The notes under the pieces are model-generated. The model was not told the origin of the DNA. It worked only from the letters and a program-made list of their open reading frames with translations, and did no database searches. 64,000 bases of DNA from Takakia lepidozioides (lineage: Eukaryota; Plantae; Bryophyta), in assembly GCA_030704615.1 (NCBI GenBank), contig CM060731.1, forward strand, positions 17,050,001-17,114,000, read 5' to 3'. Of the stretch, positions 40,801 to 54,479 are shown one piece after another (the stretch's first letter is position 1; every line of letters begins with the position of its first letter). The position numbers and the translations under genes are program-made.

Positions 40801-43800
40801 TGAGATGAATAATGTGTATGGATGGTATGCATATGATACAATATGGGTGATTGCGCATGCCATCAAGGCTTTCCTTGGCCAGGGTGGGGATTTTGCATTT
40901 GTTGCACCCCCTGTCTTTCCAGATGATGCAGGAGGCAAGTCAGAGCTTGCAGAGTTAAAGGTGTTTCAGAAAGGTCCGCTATTTCTGAAAAACATTCTTG
41001 GATCAAATTTCACTGGTATCACTGGGAAAGTCCAGATTGATCAAAGAGGGGATTTTGTGGGCTCTGCTTTTGAAATTGTGAATATGGTGGGCAAGGGGTT
41101 GCGGGTAGTGGGTTATTGGACCAATGAGACCGGGTGCGTGGCGCTGCCCCCAGATGTGAGTGGAACTGGCACATCAGCTTCCACAAAACTTCTGGCACGG
41201 CCCTCAAAATCCTCGGTAAGCTTTTGTGGTACTGAGTAGACTGACAGCTTTTCTCCAAACCATTCTATGACCACTGTGCCAGATATGAAAAAGCCAATTC
41301 GCAGGCTTGCATGTGCTTAAGAGAGCACTAGTGGTGGTAGTAGTAGTAGTTCGATAACAGTTGGAATGAGTATTAAATATGAATGAACAACGGATACTGA
41401 AAGCAGTTGTGGATCAACAACTGAGTCATGTTCTTTTCATATGTATGACCACAGGTGCAAGATGTCATTTGGCCAGGTGGCAGTGCTAGCATTCCACGGG
41501 GATGGGTGGTGCCTAAGGATGGACGGCCTCTTGTCATCGGTGTGCCCAATAAGCTTGGCTATAAGGAATTTGTAAGCACAGCAGTGGATTCAGACAACCA
41601 GACTACCTTTCATGGATTTTGCATTGATGTGTTTGAGAAAGCTCTCGCATTCCTTCCTTACTCTGTCTCCTACAATTTCGTCAAATTTGGCAATGGGAGT
41701 TCCACCCCAAACTACGATGCTCTTGTTGGTCAAGTGTTCAACAAGGTACGCTCCCTCACTCTGCCGTATTATGCAGGGACACCTTTCACATGTAAGCATA
41801 TAATTGTCTGTTAAGAGGGTGAAGAAGCAGAAGAAATGTATGACGTCCATGTAGTCCCAGAGGGCCTATGCAACACAGTGGACAGAGAGAAAGAATGAAT
41901 GTCATGGGGTCCCAAAGGCCCATGGAGCGAAGTAAAAATGACATAAATAGATTCCAAATTCCTAGGAAGGCGAATGTCTTTACGGAGGTAGCTGCCTAGG
42001 CACTACTGGTGCTCAAAGCTGAAGGCCTCAGCCAAAGATTGCGAGCAAGGGAGGGATAGAGGGTGGTTGGGGAGGGCTCGCTCCAGTAGGGGGATTTATT
42101 TGATAAAATAAAAGTGGTTTGGGCCGTCCGACATCGAAAAATCAGCATCTTAATCTTCACCCGGATGCCCACTGTCCATGTAGAAGTTTGTCTCACTCTC
42201 CACTATTGAAAGTATGGTCTGTGGGATACTCCCTCTTGGACCCGTTTGTGAGAGCCACGATGAATGTAACCTGGCAACACATCATGTGAAGAAGGCACAT
42301 GGATTGACAGAAAGACCAGCTCCACCCCTCTAAGCAAGTTGTGATGTTAGGTTATATACTGTGGTATGATGGAGAGGCCTTGAGACTTTCGGCTTTTCTG
42401 TAGGGCTGTGAGAAGGTAGGGGAACAAACTGAGAGCTGTAAGTGAAAGACAATTAAATTGTCTGAACAAGGATATACAGTTTATCTCCAGTCTTTTCTGG
42501 TGTGTCTATTGCTAGTTATATTGGTGGTATGCACAGGAGTTTGACGCGGTAGTGGGAGATGTCACGATTACAACCAAGCGTTCTCTGATTGTGGACTTCA
42601 CCCAGCCATACACGGCATCAGGTCTAGTAGTGGTAGTCCCGTTGAGGCCAGGTGGGTCTGGCCATGCATGGGCTTTCCTGCGGCCCTTTACACCGCTCAT
42701 GTGGTGTACCACAGGTGCCTTCTTCTTCTTCACCGGTCTGGTGATGTGGCTGCTGGAGCACAAGAAAAATCGTGACTTCCGGGGTCGACCCAAGAAGCAA
42801 CTGGTCACTGTTCTCTGGTTTGTGCTCTCTGCTCTGGCAGCAAATGCTTACTGGAACAGCCTAGTATGTGGATAGTCCCTTTGGTTCTCAGCGAAAGTGT
42901 TCCAATTTTCTTAGATTTCTGTGACAATGTACACTCAGTAGCCCAAAGATATATAGATTTCTCTTGAAGCAATTCCTCATGAAAGGATGGTTAAGTGATT
43001 GGATGTAGCATATGGATGTTTGATAACGGAAGAGGACTGGCTTTCCTCTGATGCAGGTTCATCTTCTCGACTCTGTTCTTTTCCCAAAGTAAGGAAACTT
43101 AACCTTGATTGTGCTACGTATTGGGTTGTCCTTCTATATTGCAACACATTTACAGTATCATGTTGTGTGACTTATGATGTGACAAGGGATGATACTGTAA
43201 TGCTCAAGGATGGGTTGACTTTGGTGCTATTAAATATAATTCACTGGGCCCTCCACAGTCTGAGGTTATGCATTGGCAAATTTTTGTGTGAGGGCTGGCA
43301 AAGAGGGTAAATGAATGGTTGAATTTTGAGAATGCACGTTGTCCTTGCACCATGCATCTTACCTGGTTTTATTACAGATTCATCCTCTTCACATTAGGTA
43401 CACATTTATTCTCCATGCTTATGAGTTTACCAAAAGACGTGTGCTGATGCATGGTCAATAATCTTGTTATGTTAGACAATGCCTGTACCTCCACTTGTGC
43501 TTGCTATTCTGCTCGTGGCAATGGCACACTATTCTTCGGTCCAGTTTAGAGGGTTGTGGTCACCTCCTTCACCTTCATGCTGACACAAAAGTGTTGAAAC
43601 TGACAAAACACGTCAACAGGTAAAATACGAGGCAATCTGCATTTTTCCAGTTTTGAATGAGATTTTTGGGGTCACTTTTACAGAGGATTTGCGTATAAGA
43701 CACCGGCTTACTCCCCAAGAAAACCTGATGTGTGGTGTGACTGGTTGACTGGGGAGGGCACAGGGGAGAAGGTGAAGAGCACAATGGGAAGGGCAGTGCT

Positions 43801-45466
43801 GATCATATGGTTGTTTGTGGTACTTATTATCATCAGCAGCTACACAGCCAGTCTGACCTCCTTGCTTACAGTGCAGCAGTTGCTTCCTACCATTCAGGGC
43901 ATCTCCAGTTTGCTATCGAGTAATGTTCGAATTGGTTATCAGACAGGCTCATTTGTAAGGGATTACTTGATGCAACTCAATGTAGCTGAAGAGAGGCTTG
44001 TACCGCTCGACACCCTGGCTAGTTATGCTCAGGCGTTGCGCAAGGGTTCTGCCAGGGGAGGTGTAGGTGCCATTGTGGATGAACTTCCCTATGTACAGTT
44101 GTTTCTGTCTTCCGAATGTGACTTCACAATCGCGGGTCAAGAGTTTACTAAAAGTGGGTGGGGCTTTGTATGTGACACTCTCACCTACTTATCCAGTACA
44201 GTCACTGCCTATGGAAATTCACAGTGCCAATGCTAGAGTTTTCAAACATGTGGTACAATACTGTTCATTTGCAGGTAGAATAAGCCCTGAAATTCTGCAT
44301 ATCCACACATAATGCTCTGTCCTCATGGCTGTTTTGAGGATTGTGGCTTGCAATGGGTGCCCTCCATAGTGCTCTGCAATGCCACATTTGACTCACCACC
44401 AGAGGCCAATTTGAGTAAAACTATAACCTCTCTCTTTGTGGTCAGTGCAAAATGATAATATTGTGTGGTCAATATCTGTAAATGTAATAATCTCTCCTTA
44501 ATGGTTGGTGCAAAATGATAACATGTTGAGCACCCGTTTAGGAATTGTGAATGCTTCATTAAAATTTTATCAGGAACATGCTTAGAGCTATTATGAGTCT
44601 ATAAATCGTTCTAAATGGCTGTTGGCTTCTTTGCAGGCCTTTCCTAAGGGGTCACTGTTAGCCATAGATTTTTCGACAGCAATCTTAACACTTGCTGAAA
44701 ATGGAGAGCTGCAGCGCATTCACGACTTGTGGCTGAGTGGGCAAGACTGCAGTACCTCCGTGGTGACAACCTCCAATCAGCTGGGCCTTAGCACTTTCTG
44801 GGGTCTTTTTCTCATAACAGGGGTTGCATCTGTGCTGTGCTGCATTGCATATTGCGTGCGCATGATTTTGCAGCACCGGCAGACGTATCGTGCTGACTTT
44901 GAGTCAGAGGTATGCTTCACAATACTCTTATCAGTTCTGTTAGTGTATGCTGTACTTTGAAACAGAAGGAAACAGTTGTGATGCTGCTTTTGGCTATTAT
45001 ATTCAAATGGTTAGGCTGGCCTCTGATGCAAAGCCCCTTTTCTAGAAATGGGTGCTGGTATTGAAGCAGCAACTCCATGCTGGTCCTAACAGGCAGACCT
45101 TCTAGGATTGCTGCTTTTGGTGAGATGGTCTGCCTTTTCTTGACAATCCATATTGTGCAACCCTGGTTGCAGGGGGAAATGTCAAGAGTTTCTCGAGGCA
45201 CCAGTTTTTTGCGGTCCTTGGTCACATATATCGAAGAAGAGGAAGTGGAGTCATCCCAAAGGCCTTCAAAACGGAGAGGGAAACAAGGAAGTTTGAGGAA
45301 GGATAGATCACCAGAGGTTGGTGACGCCTCAACCCGTTCAGAAGCTCCCACAAATGGAGTGATGCAGGTTTCTCTAGAACCTCCAGTGTCAGCATTTGAA
45401 GTTGGGTCGCCAAGAAAGTTGCCCTCAGTTGCCGTTTCTGAACCAACAGTTGACCAGGGCTTGTAA
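37898..45466 (+). CDS. GLR: Glutamate receptor-like ligand-gated channel
   Basis: Exons 37898-38189, 39605-39808, 40338-41215, 41455-41745, 42537-42817, 43057-43088, 43764-44167, 44637-44909, 45173-45466, all GT-AG and phase-compatible. Signal peptide, ATD (IAGPQTS; YPYFVR), S1 (GFCIDVF; [10 protein letters not shown]; DFTQPY), M2 ([13 protein letters not shown]), M3 (SYTASLTS), S2 (GYQTGSF; AIVDELPY; GWGFAFPKGS) and M4 are all present. Confidence 0.96.
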
Positions 45467-47909
45467 CCACTAGTGAGTTGAGCTGAGTGAGAAGACGCTG
45501 CCTTGCTTCATATCCTTGCAAAGCAGTGGGAAATCAATGTTCACCTAAATTGCAAGGCCTAAGATCCTTGCACCGGAAGCGTCAGGCAGATTGGCCTTGG
45601 GCATCTCACCTCCTGGTTAACATCCACTTAGACCTGCGCTGGAGTCTATAGTTGACCCAACTGTGACTGGGTTAAGTCATCACCTCTGCTGTAAGTATGC
45701 TGATTGACAGCCTTCCCCCGGGTCACATCTGCACGTTGATTGTGCCTGGAGAAGTAGGACTGTGTGTGAGCAACTGGGAATCAGGAATTCCCAAAATCTA
45801 ATACCATGAAGGTGTCTGAATTTTTACTTAGAATGTGTCCTAGCCTTTGGGCTAAGTCCATTGACGTGTTTGTTGGAGGTATCTAGTCGACCCAGCCACA
45901 AGAGCAGTCACCACTTTGACTCATTTTCCGCTCACTATGCAGTGGCTCGGCATCCCGGGTGACAAGGTCTGCAGGATGACCCTTCCTGTGGGGACAGTAG
46001 ATATCTGAACAAGTGGAATCGGGACTTGCCAGTAGAGACCTGAACACGTTGAAGGTTCCTGTATTGCTATCCTAGACCCTGGGGTAAAGGGATTCATAGT
46101 GGATGCCTTTCTAACATACAAACCCCAAGTCAATCCTTTACCTTTTGTCTTCCAACTACACAGTTGAGCAAACCTGTACCTCGAGCTTTTGGAGATAAAG
46201 AGTTTGACTTTGTGCAAGTTGGACTAGGTAGAACTGCACCTTGTTGCTTGATGGGTGCTGGAGGTGCCTCCATGTCTTGGCTATCTACCTTCTCCCTGTG
46301 AGTTGGTCACCGCAAGTGGCTGTACGTAGGCAAATACCCAGTTCTTTGATTTCAACATCAAGCAGAGCATTGTAATTAATTCTATCCATTATTTAATCTC
46401 TTGTACCTCTGTCTTCTGCTGCTGCTGTGAACTGCTTGCAACAAGGGCGATACTTATACACCATTAACCAGCTTCAACTTGGCAACTCAAGAGGTGTCTT
46501 AAGTATGTTGGTCTTCCTGTTATGGCCAACATGCCTGAAGCAGAGGAGATGAGCTTCTCACTTTTCTTTCAATCACTTGTCATACCTTGTATTTTCTGTC
46601 TTGTGGGCACGGTGGAGTTGCAAGAGACGTTCTTCATGAAGTGCTTATTTCCCAAGTGCCTGCCATCACAGTCAGGGTTATTCAGTCTTCAAGCAATAAA
46701 TCAATCTGCAAAAGTCTCTCACTGGTCAGTAAAACTGCTGCTTCTTTGGCGAAACAAATGTTCAACAAATTCCTTCACCGCTTCTTTGACCGCATCCCCT
46801 GTTGTTGTTTCGGGAATGTGTTCCCAAATCCTCCCCCATGTTCATTTACAGTCAAGCCCGAAAGAAGCACTCTCTTGCATTCATCCCGGAGGCCTATTCA
46901 TTGTAACAGAATCGTCCAACAAATCTGTCACAAGGTTATAACGATATCGGGCTATTCTGATTCTATATGAAGCGGTTAGCGTTTTGAAGTTGGGAGGCAA
47001 ATGGTGGGTAGTAGTTGGCAACTGTGAAATGAGGAGAGTTCGGTGAGTGGTATGAAGAAAAGAGACCTAAGCATTTGAAAGAAAATCAAGGAGTGAGAGA
47101 AGAAGATTGAAGCAAGTCGGCAAAGAAGAAGCTGTTGGTTGTGACAATCAACAAAGGGACTTAGAGCACAGATGCACCCGACACTTGGACGAGGTAGAAG
47201 CATCGCTTTGGTGCTTGCAGTTGGCATCCGCCTCTTCTTTGTCAGGTAAAATTTTGAGAGTTGTAGTCAAGAAATGAATGTTGGTTCTTGGAGCTTGGAA
47301 GTTGGTGCGGAGGAACCATTAGCAGGTAGCTGCTTATTGACATCGTCAGAGGGGGGGCCCTTGTGCCCTGAGAGGCCTTGAATTCGGCGAGGAGAGAATT
47401 TGTGTTGATCTTGTGGCGCTATAAATAGACCGCCAGCTTTTCTTTAGTTTCAACGAAGAGATTACAGACGGTGATGCTTTTAGTCATGGTGGGACTGGGC
47501 ATGTCTCTAGAGAAAATGGTAATCCGCATGCTGGATATGCAAGACCCTGGGATTTTGAGGAGTTGTATCCATGTTTTCTAGGAAACAGTAGGGGGAAGCT
47601 ACGACGGGTTGCTATTGTTGATAACACTGATGCACTGGGCCCACATTTTCCAAAGTGACCCGCAGTACTCCTAAGAAATAGGTTCTTCTGTATTCTCTTC
47701 TGGGAGTTGCCTACAGGTAAGGTTGGTTTGTTGTATATCCCTGGGACCTATATTTGGGGCTTTCCTGGGCCCGTGCTCTTCCTTCTGTTATACACTTTCT
47801 CACATTGCTTGTGGGGGCATTGACATAGTACCTTCCATCCTTGTCTTTCATACGCCCACCTCACGCTTCCTTCTGATGGTCAATTGATACTAGGTAGTTG
47901 CTCGCAGCA

Positions 47910-50900
47910 ATGTCGACTCCCATGGCAGCCCTGGGGAACAGAACTCCAGAGCAGTTGAAGGTGGCTGAACTGAGGGAGGAGCTGAAGAAACGGGGTGTTC
48001 AAATTAAGGGTTTGAAAAAAGACCTAGTGGATCGGCTGGAAGAAGTACTTCGCCAAGAAGAAGAAGAACAAATTGCTTTGGAGGCTGCCACATCTGAGGG
48101 TGCTCCTGCATCATCTGAACTTGGGGAGCCCGAGCTCAAATCTCTGGTGCCAGAAAATAAGCTTGAGGAGCCAGAGACAGTATCCAACTCCACGGTACTT
48201 CCTGAGAGCCTACATGATGATAGCATTGTCAGGACGCTTTTTATGTCGGAGGGCAATGGAGAATCTGAGGCTGATCTCAAGCTGGCCAATCCTGCTCTCA
48301 AACACAGGATGGAGGCAGATCCAGAGACTGATGATCAGTCGAACAATGGGAATGGCTTGTCTGAGTTCCATGATAAACCTGGGGTTCAGGACATCCCCAA
48401 ACAGGAACTGGAGCCTGGGGTGGTTCCAGGTCTGGATTCTGGGGAGGTCAAGTCTGTTGAACCTGCACAGGAACCAATCTCCCAGTTTGAGTCATTGTCT
48501 GAACCTGTTTCCTCGCCTGCTATCACTTCAGAAATCAAAGTTACCCCTGTCGAGCTGCCAGAACTTGAGGTAATTCCAGCATCAGTTAATTTAGGTCTTG
48601 AGGAGAGGATAGATGAAGACGGGGATCTACCCCTTAAAGTCGAAGAAAGTCCCTCTGCTGTAGTGGAAACTGGAACTGGACAAGATGAGGTTATGGAATG
48701 TTTGAAGCGAGATGTGAGCAAAGTTCACGAGGAGGAAGGGTTAATAAACGAGATTGAATGTGAAGAGGAAAAGGTGCTAATCGAAATTGAACCTATGGTG
48801 GAAGAAACGGCCAAGTTAGATGCCCCTAGAGAGGGGCCTGTCAAAAGCAAGCCTATGGTGGAAGATAGGGTCAAGGAAGAAGTTCCAACGGAAGGACCGG
48901 GGGAAAGTGAACCTGTGGTGGAAGAGAGTGTCGTGGAAGACATCCCAATAGAGGGGCCAACGGAAATCAAACCTGCCAAGGCAGATACCCCAATGGAGGG
49001 GGAGAGAAGGGAAGAAGTAATGGACGTTGTGATGGATCCTCTGGATGTTGAGGAGTGGAAGGTCAAAGCCATACAGCCCATGGAGCTCGATGCCGACCTA
49101 TTGGCTGGGTCAAAAAGGAAAGATGCAGGTGCATTGTCTCAAACTTTTCTCTCCAGATCTGTGTGGTTGTTTTTGCTTAGGCTGTTAGTTTTTCAACCAT
49201 GGAAAATATAGCAGATGCCCAAGAAGATATCAGTGACGTAAAATGCTTACAAGATATTAAGGATGTGTAAGAAAATTAAGTGTTACTAGATGTTGGTGCT
49301 ACAAGGATAGTTGAAGAGTGTGGGGATTTGTGAACAAGGTCCAGATATAACTCCTTTGGTAACGTTTCACCTCACCGACTTAGAGTTGTGCTTTTTGACA
49401 AAACATTTTGATAAGAAATGTTGAATTTTCTGTGAGATGCTGATGTGTATGTAGTTATCATCAGAGAGAGATGTACTCATAAGACTTTGTTTGCCGTAGC
49501 CTTGTGGCCATAGACCCCACACTGAGTTTGGGTGAAACAAAAGGGACCAGAAACTACCTTTGTGAGAAGCTCACTCCGGTAGTATGAGTTACCTTGATAC
49601 AAAAAATTAGTTTGGGCTTTCCAAATTACTCTAGGAAGCCCTTCCCACAAGCATCAATCTGCTGTGTGTGAGCAGCTCAAAATTTAGACCCCCCAACAGG
49701 GCGGTAAGGGCTTTAGGCTCAGCCTCAAGATTTGAAAGTTGGTGAACAGAGGAGCCGAGACAATGTTCTTGATTGTTCTGAAGAGGGTCACTCTCTGGTG
49801 AGAATATCCCGGACAATGTATCAGACAATGGATATTGTCTTCAGGTTGCCTGCACATCGGACAATTACAATCTCCTCTTCCTCTCTGCGTCTGTTTATGG
49901 TTCAAAGGTACCCGCCCTGAGTTTAAATTTCAGTCTAGTGCCAAGGGTAGGTAGGCCCTTGAGATCATCCTTAAGGACCTTGCCCATGTCACAGATTGGA
50001 AACGAGTTCAGGGAAGTTTTATGCCTAACTTAATTGTCATTGGACAGTCTTTGTGCATGAGACATGGCTTTGGACACAACCCCCTCCAGATCAGCTTCAT
50101 CCAGTAGGGTCAATTCATCAGGACTGATATTCAGATATTTAAGATCTGGCTTGTTTAACAGGACAGTCTTGCTTCCAAGAAATAGATTCGATTATCTTAG
50201 GGTATCTGGTATTAGGCATGCGATTCAACTGACCCCACCATCTGACCTTGAATTCATAACGTCGAGAGCTTAAGGGAGGTATGCCAAACTCACCCCGAAC
50301 AGCCATATCAGCGTTCTAGAACAAGCCGACAAGCTTTTTTTGAGCACTGTGGCCTGAATGGATTCTACGACTTTCGCATGGATGGAGTTGTTGACCCACA
50401 CAACAGATGTGTACTCAAATGCCAGCTGTGTAACATTACAAAGCTTGGTCCTTTTAACTACAGTGTTGAGTCCTCTGCAGTGGAAAAATTTAGTGAGACC
50501 CAAAGCTTCGCGTTTAGCTGATCAAATCACTCTTTGTATATGCGCATCCCAGTTACAGTTGGAGGAAAACTCAACACCAAGATAAAGTGTAGGAAGGGAG
50601 TACTGGAATCTCTTCGTCACCCCATTTGCATTTGAGATCCCCTCCTCCCTCCCCACAGTCGTTGAATGCCACCACTGCACATTTACTAACATTAGCTTGT
50701 AGCCTCCACAGGTCAAAGAACCTCTTCGCAGAATCAATCAGCTCCTGGAGATTGGATGGGGTATGTGAAGTCATTTGCTAACACAAGAGCTGGTATGGTG
50801 GCATCACCCACCTTTAGCCCAAACCCCTCACTTTCCACGTCTTCAAGAAGCTGATCAATGAAAACATTGAAGAGCAGCGGGGAAAGGGTACAACCTTGTG

Positions 50901-53900
50901 CTACACCTTGGTCAATATCAAAGAAGTTAGACTTCTGTCCATTGACCATAACACAACTTTTGGTAAGGTTGTGGACCATCCTCCACGTCTTTCCCCTGAT
51001 CCAAGAAGACCAATGCCGGAGGCATTGCCCGTCATGCCATGCTGTATCATAAGCCTTGTTGACATCCAGGAAGAAGACAAAATTGGGCTTTCAGAGGCTG
51101 AAGCCAGCTCAAATGGAGTTATCATCATAATCGTATTTTTCTCTAGTGATACTGGATTAAATGTTTGAAGATCTCAAAAGGCACAAACACACTACATGGG
51201 TGGAATCACATCTAGGGTGAAAATGGAGTATGCACAGTTACAGAAGGCAACAATATATAGTCTGTTCATCCACTGTCAGACCTGATTTTTCACGTACATG
51301 CTTATCATATTGCAGCCCTAGTGACTACAAGTCTTCATGAAAGCCGTTGTAAGTATTTATCAATTTAGCATGCGTCAGGACATCGATCCTGAATTTTTCT
51401 TTGTCTTCAGCTTGCAATTGCGACTAGAAATACAGTGCATACATAATGGTGAAGATCATGATATTCATCTTAGCCTTTTACTGTTTGTTTGATGCTTATT
51501 TTCCTTGAAGGTACCCAAGGATACTGGATGGATCCATTTGTTCATGCAGTTAAAGCTTATTCGACCATTTACTCTTCTGCTTGGGTTTTTATATCAGATG
51601 CAGAGTCAAGGTCGCAGGAGCTCACCAAGAGACAACGCCGATGGAATACTGGGAAGAGTCTGGGAAGCGAGAATGATGCGAGACCCCTGCCCAAAATAGT
51701 GACCACAGATTGTCCAAAAGAGACCGTTGCTCAGGAACCAAAAGAGATGGCCCCATCACCAATTGCTCCCTCTGCATCTGCAGCAGCTTCACCAAGGAGT
51801 GGGCATGCAGGTGGGGTAGAGAGGGTGACCATTTCCAGGCCTTCATTGTCAAGGACAGACACAGCAGTCAATGGGGAAACTGACAAGGCGCTTTTTGGTG
51901 AGTTTTCTGCGAGATATTAAAATTTGGTCTGATGTTCTGAAGTTTCTGGGTTGTGTGATGTAAAGGACGCTGAGTTTGGACGATAATTTGGGCCCTTAAC
52001 CTTCCAGATGTAGAACAAAAGTCCAAAGTTTCACAAAACAGGTTGCTGTATAAAGTCAGACATGAGTTTGCTCTGGCAGGGTTAGACAGAAGTAGTTTTA
52101 ATCTATGTATCTTGATGTATCACAGCTCGTCTTCCTAACAAACGTTGCAGATTTCTGCTTAGGTTGGGGTTCCCATCTGTTCATTATTGAATTCGGTCAG
52201 ACCTAGTGTCGGGTTTTTTGGTTCGATCAATGTTCCGAGCAGTATTCCAGCACCAGAAACTGAAGGGTTGGCCAAACCAGGTAGATGAAACCCAGTCACG
52301 TAAGAAAAGGTTGACATCACAAGTTCTTGGCATATCTGTCTGCTAACAAAATCCTTAAAGATTGATGGTCTTGGCATATTTGTCTGTGCAGTTCCCCCGT
52401 CTCTCAAGGTACCAACAACATCCCTAAAGATTGATAGATTTCTACGTCCTTTTACATTCAAGGCAGTGAAGGAGCTGCTGGCACAGACTGGCTCAGTCCA
52501 ACACATGTGGATGGACCAGATTAAAACTCACTGCTATGTTACGGTGCGCTTTCTGTGCTGGATATGTTTACTTGTTGGGGTTTTGTGTTGTCACTTGTGG
52601 ATTGATGTTGACTTAATAGATAGAGAGGGAAATGCTGGTGTCAAAGCCACAGCTTGCAGGATGTCGTGATCTTTATGTGGGTCCACTAGATTGACTTCTT
52701 TTTTTTTGTCTTGTTTCCACATTGTCATATGCACATTTCCCAGGTGGCTTTATCTTTATTACTTGTTTCCAGTCTGTGACATGGGGGAGGACATCTTGGA
52801 TGACCTCAAGGGTCTACCCACTCTCGGCACTAGACTGAAATTTAAACTCAGGGCAGGAAGCCTACCTTTGAACAGCAAACAGAAGCAGAGAGGAAAGGGA
52901 GAGTGCAATTGCCTGTTGTGTGGGCAATCTGAAGACAGTATTCATTTTCTGATACACTGTCCGGGGTTCTCTCACCAAAGAGACGCTCTCTTCAAATCTA
53001 TTAAGGGAATTGTGCCTGTACCCCTGTTTACCAACTTTGAAAGTCTCGAGGCTGAGCCAAAAGCCCAGGCCCTCCTGAGGCCTAGTTTTTGGGCAAATCA
53101 CACACAGCAGATTGATGCTTGTGTGAAGGGATTTCTAGAGGATATCTGGAAAACCCGGATTAATTCTTTATATGGAGGTAAGTCTTACTACCAACGTCAG
53201 CCCCTGACAGAGGTAGGTTCTGTCCCTTTTGTTCCCGCTCAAACTGGGCGCGGGGTCAATGGCCACAAGGCTTCGGCAAACAACGTCTTATGAGTACAAT
53301 CTTTATTACTCGTAATCATTTTATTTTCTTAAAAATTAATTTTTTGCTGCATTACTTTGTTCGATGAACTAACCACCATGTGGCACATTCCTTGTCTCCA
53401 TGATGTTCTCAGTATGCAACAGTCGATGAGGCAGTGGCTACACGCAATGCACTCTACAATTTGCAGTGGCCACCCCAGGGTGGACGCTTATTAACAGCGG
53501 AGTTTGTGGAACTGGAAGAGGTGAAGTCACGCTGTGAAGGTGAGAAAACTGTGGTCGCACCAGTCACTACCCATCATGGACTACCAGAGACAATCAGGGC
53601 CACCTCTGAAAGTGGCGGCCCAGTTCCTCAACCTGGCCATCCCCCTCCCTTGGCTCCAATACCAGTTTCGGCACTTCCTCCACCCCCTCCTCTGCCACCC
53701 CCACCAAGGGACAGGCCTCCTGTGCCAATCAAGCAAGGTAAGTAACTGTATTCTCTGATGTTTTCAGATAGGGTTTTTAGGTACCCTCAACTCACCTGAA
53801 GCTTGGAGTCCAAGTCCTTGTGAAAAGAAGGTTGTCCATGTATTGTTGGCATCAGACCCAGACTTCAAGGTGAATTGTTTTGGTTACTGACCTCCACATA

Positions 53901-54479
53901 ACACTTGAAGTTCAACCCAAACAGTTCTTTCCAGGTGATTTTCTGTGCTCTCTTGCAATGTGTGTAGCTATCGGGATTAGATGCTTGGATAGGTCAGGTT
54001 GACTACAAGTATGAGACAGGAAGAGAGGGGTAGAGATTGCTGGTATGCACATATGCTACAGCGATAGACGATTGAGCAAGCAGAGTAAAGATAGGAAATA
54101 GGAAGTACTGGGAGACTAGGGGATGGAAGACCAAAACTGGCAAATCAACTCATAATAAAAACAGTAATGGTACAGAGGGACATTACTGAGAGTAACGACT
54201 GTGCAAGAGAAATGACAGACAAGCAGAGAGACCAAGAGCCAGATTGACAAGGGGATGTGCACTTGTGGATTGTTAAAAAAGCATACAATAGTTAAGATTT
54301 GCAGTGCTGTGTTGGATTGGACAGACATGGAGCCTCAAAGTCCCACATTGGATGATCTATTCAAGAAGACTCGAACAAAACCGCATATTTACTATCTCCC
54401 TGTTACTGAACATGACATCGCAGAGAAGCTTTTGGCTAGGAGCCAGACACCCTTGGTGAAGCCGGTTCTCAAGGTTTAA
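47910..54479 (+). CDS. ACINUS: ACINUS-like splicing/EJC factor (SAP domain, RRM, RSB motif)
   Basis: Exons 47910-49128, 51598-51897, 52392-52543, 53413-53737, 54325-54479. SAP domain LKVAELREELKKRGVQIKGLKKDLVDRL, motif KRQRRWN, RRM IDRFLRPFTFKAVKELL..WMDQIKTHCYVTY..ATRNALYNLQWP, and RSB motif TLDDLFKKTRTKPHIYYLP. Confidence 0.94.
49464..51116 (-). mobile_element. RTE/RTEX-like LINE, 5'-truncated, in ACINUS intron 1, with 11-bp TSD
   Basis: RT core QGVAQGCTLSPLLFNVFID...VLANDF (decayed catalytic motif) and C-terminal CPMC..HC. TSD AGTTATCATCA at 49453-49463 and 51117-51127. (TC)n tail. Confidence 0.92.
52764..53298 (+). mobile_element. RTE/RTEX-like LINE 3' fragment in ACINUS intron 3, with 12-bp TSD
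   Basis: Near-identical to 59083-59600. TSD ATCTTTATTACT at 52752-52763 and 53299-53310. Confidence 0.94.
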
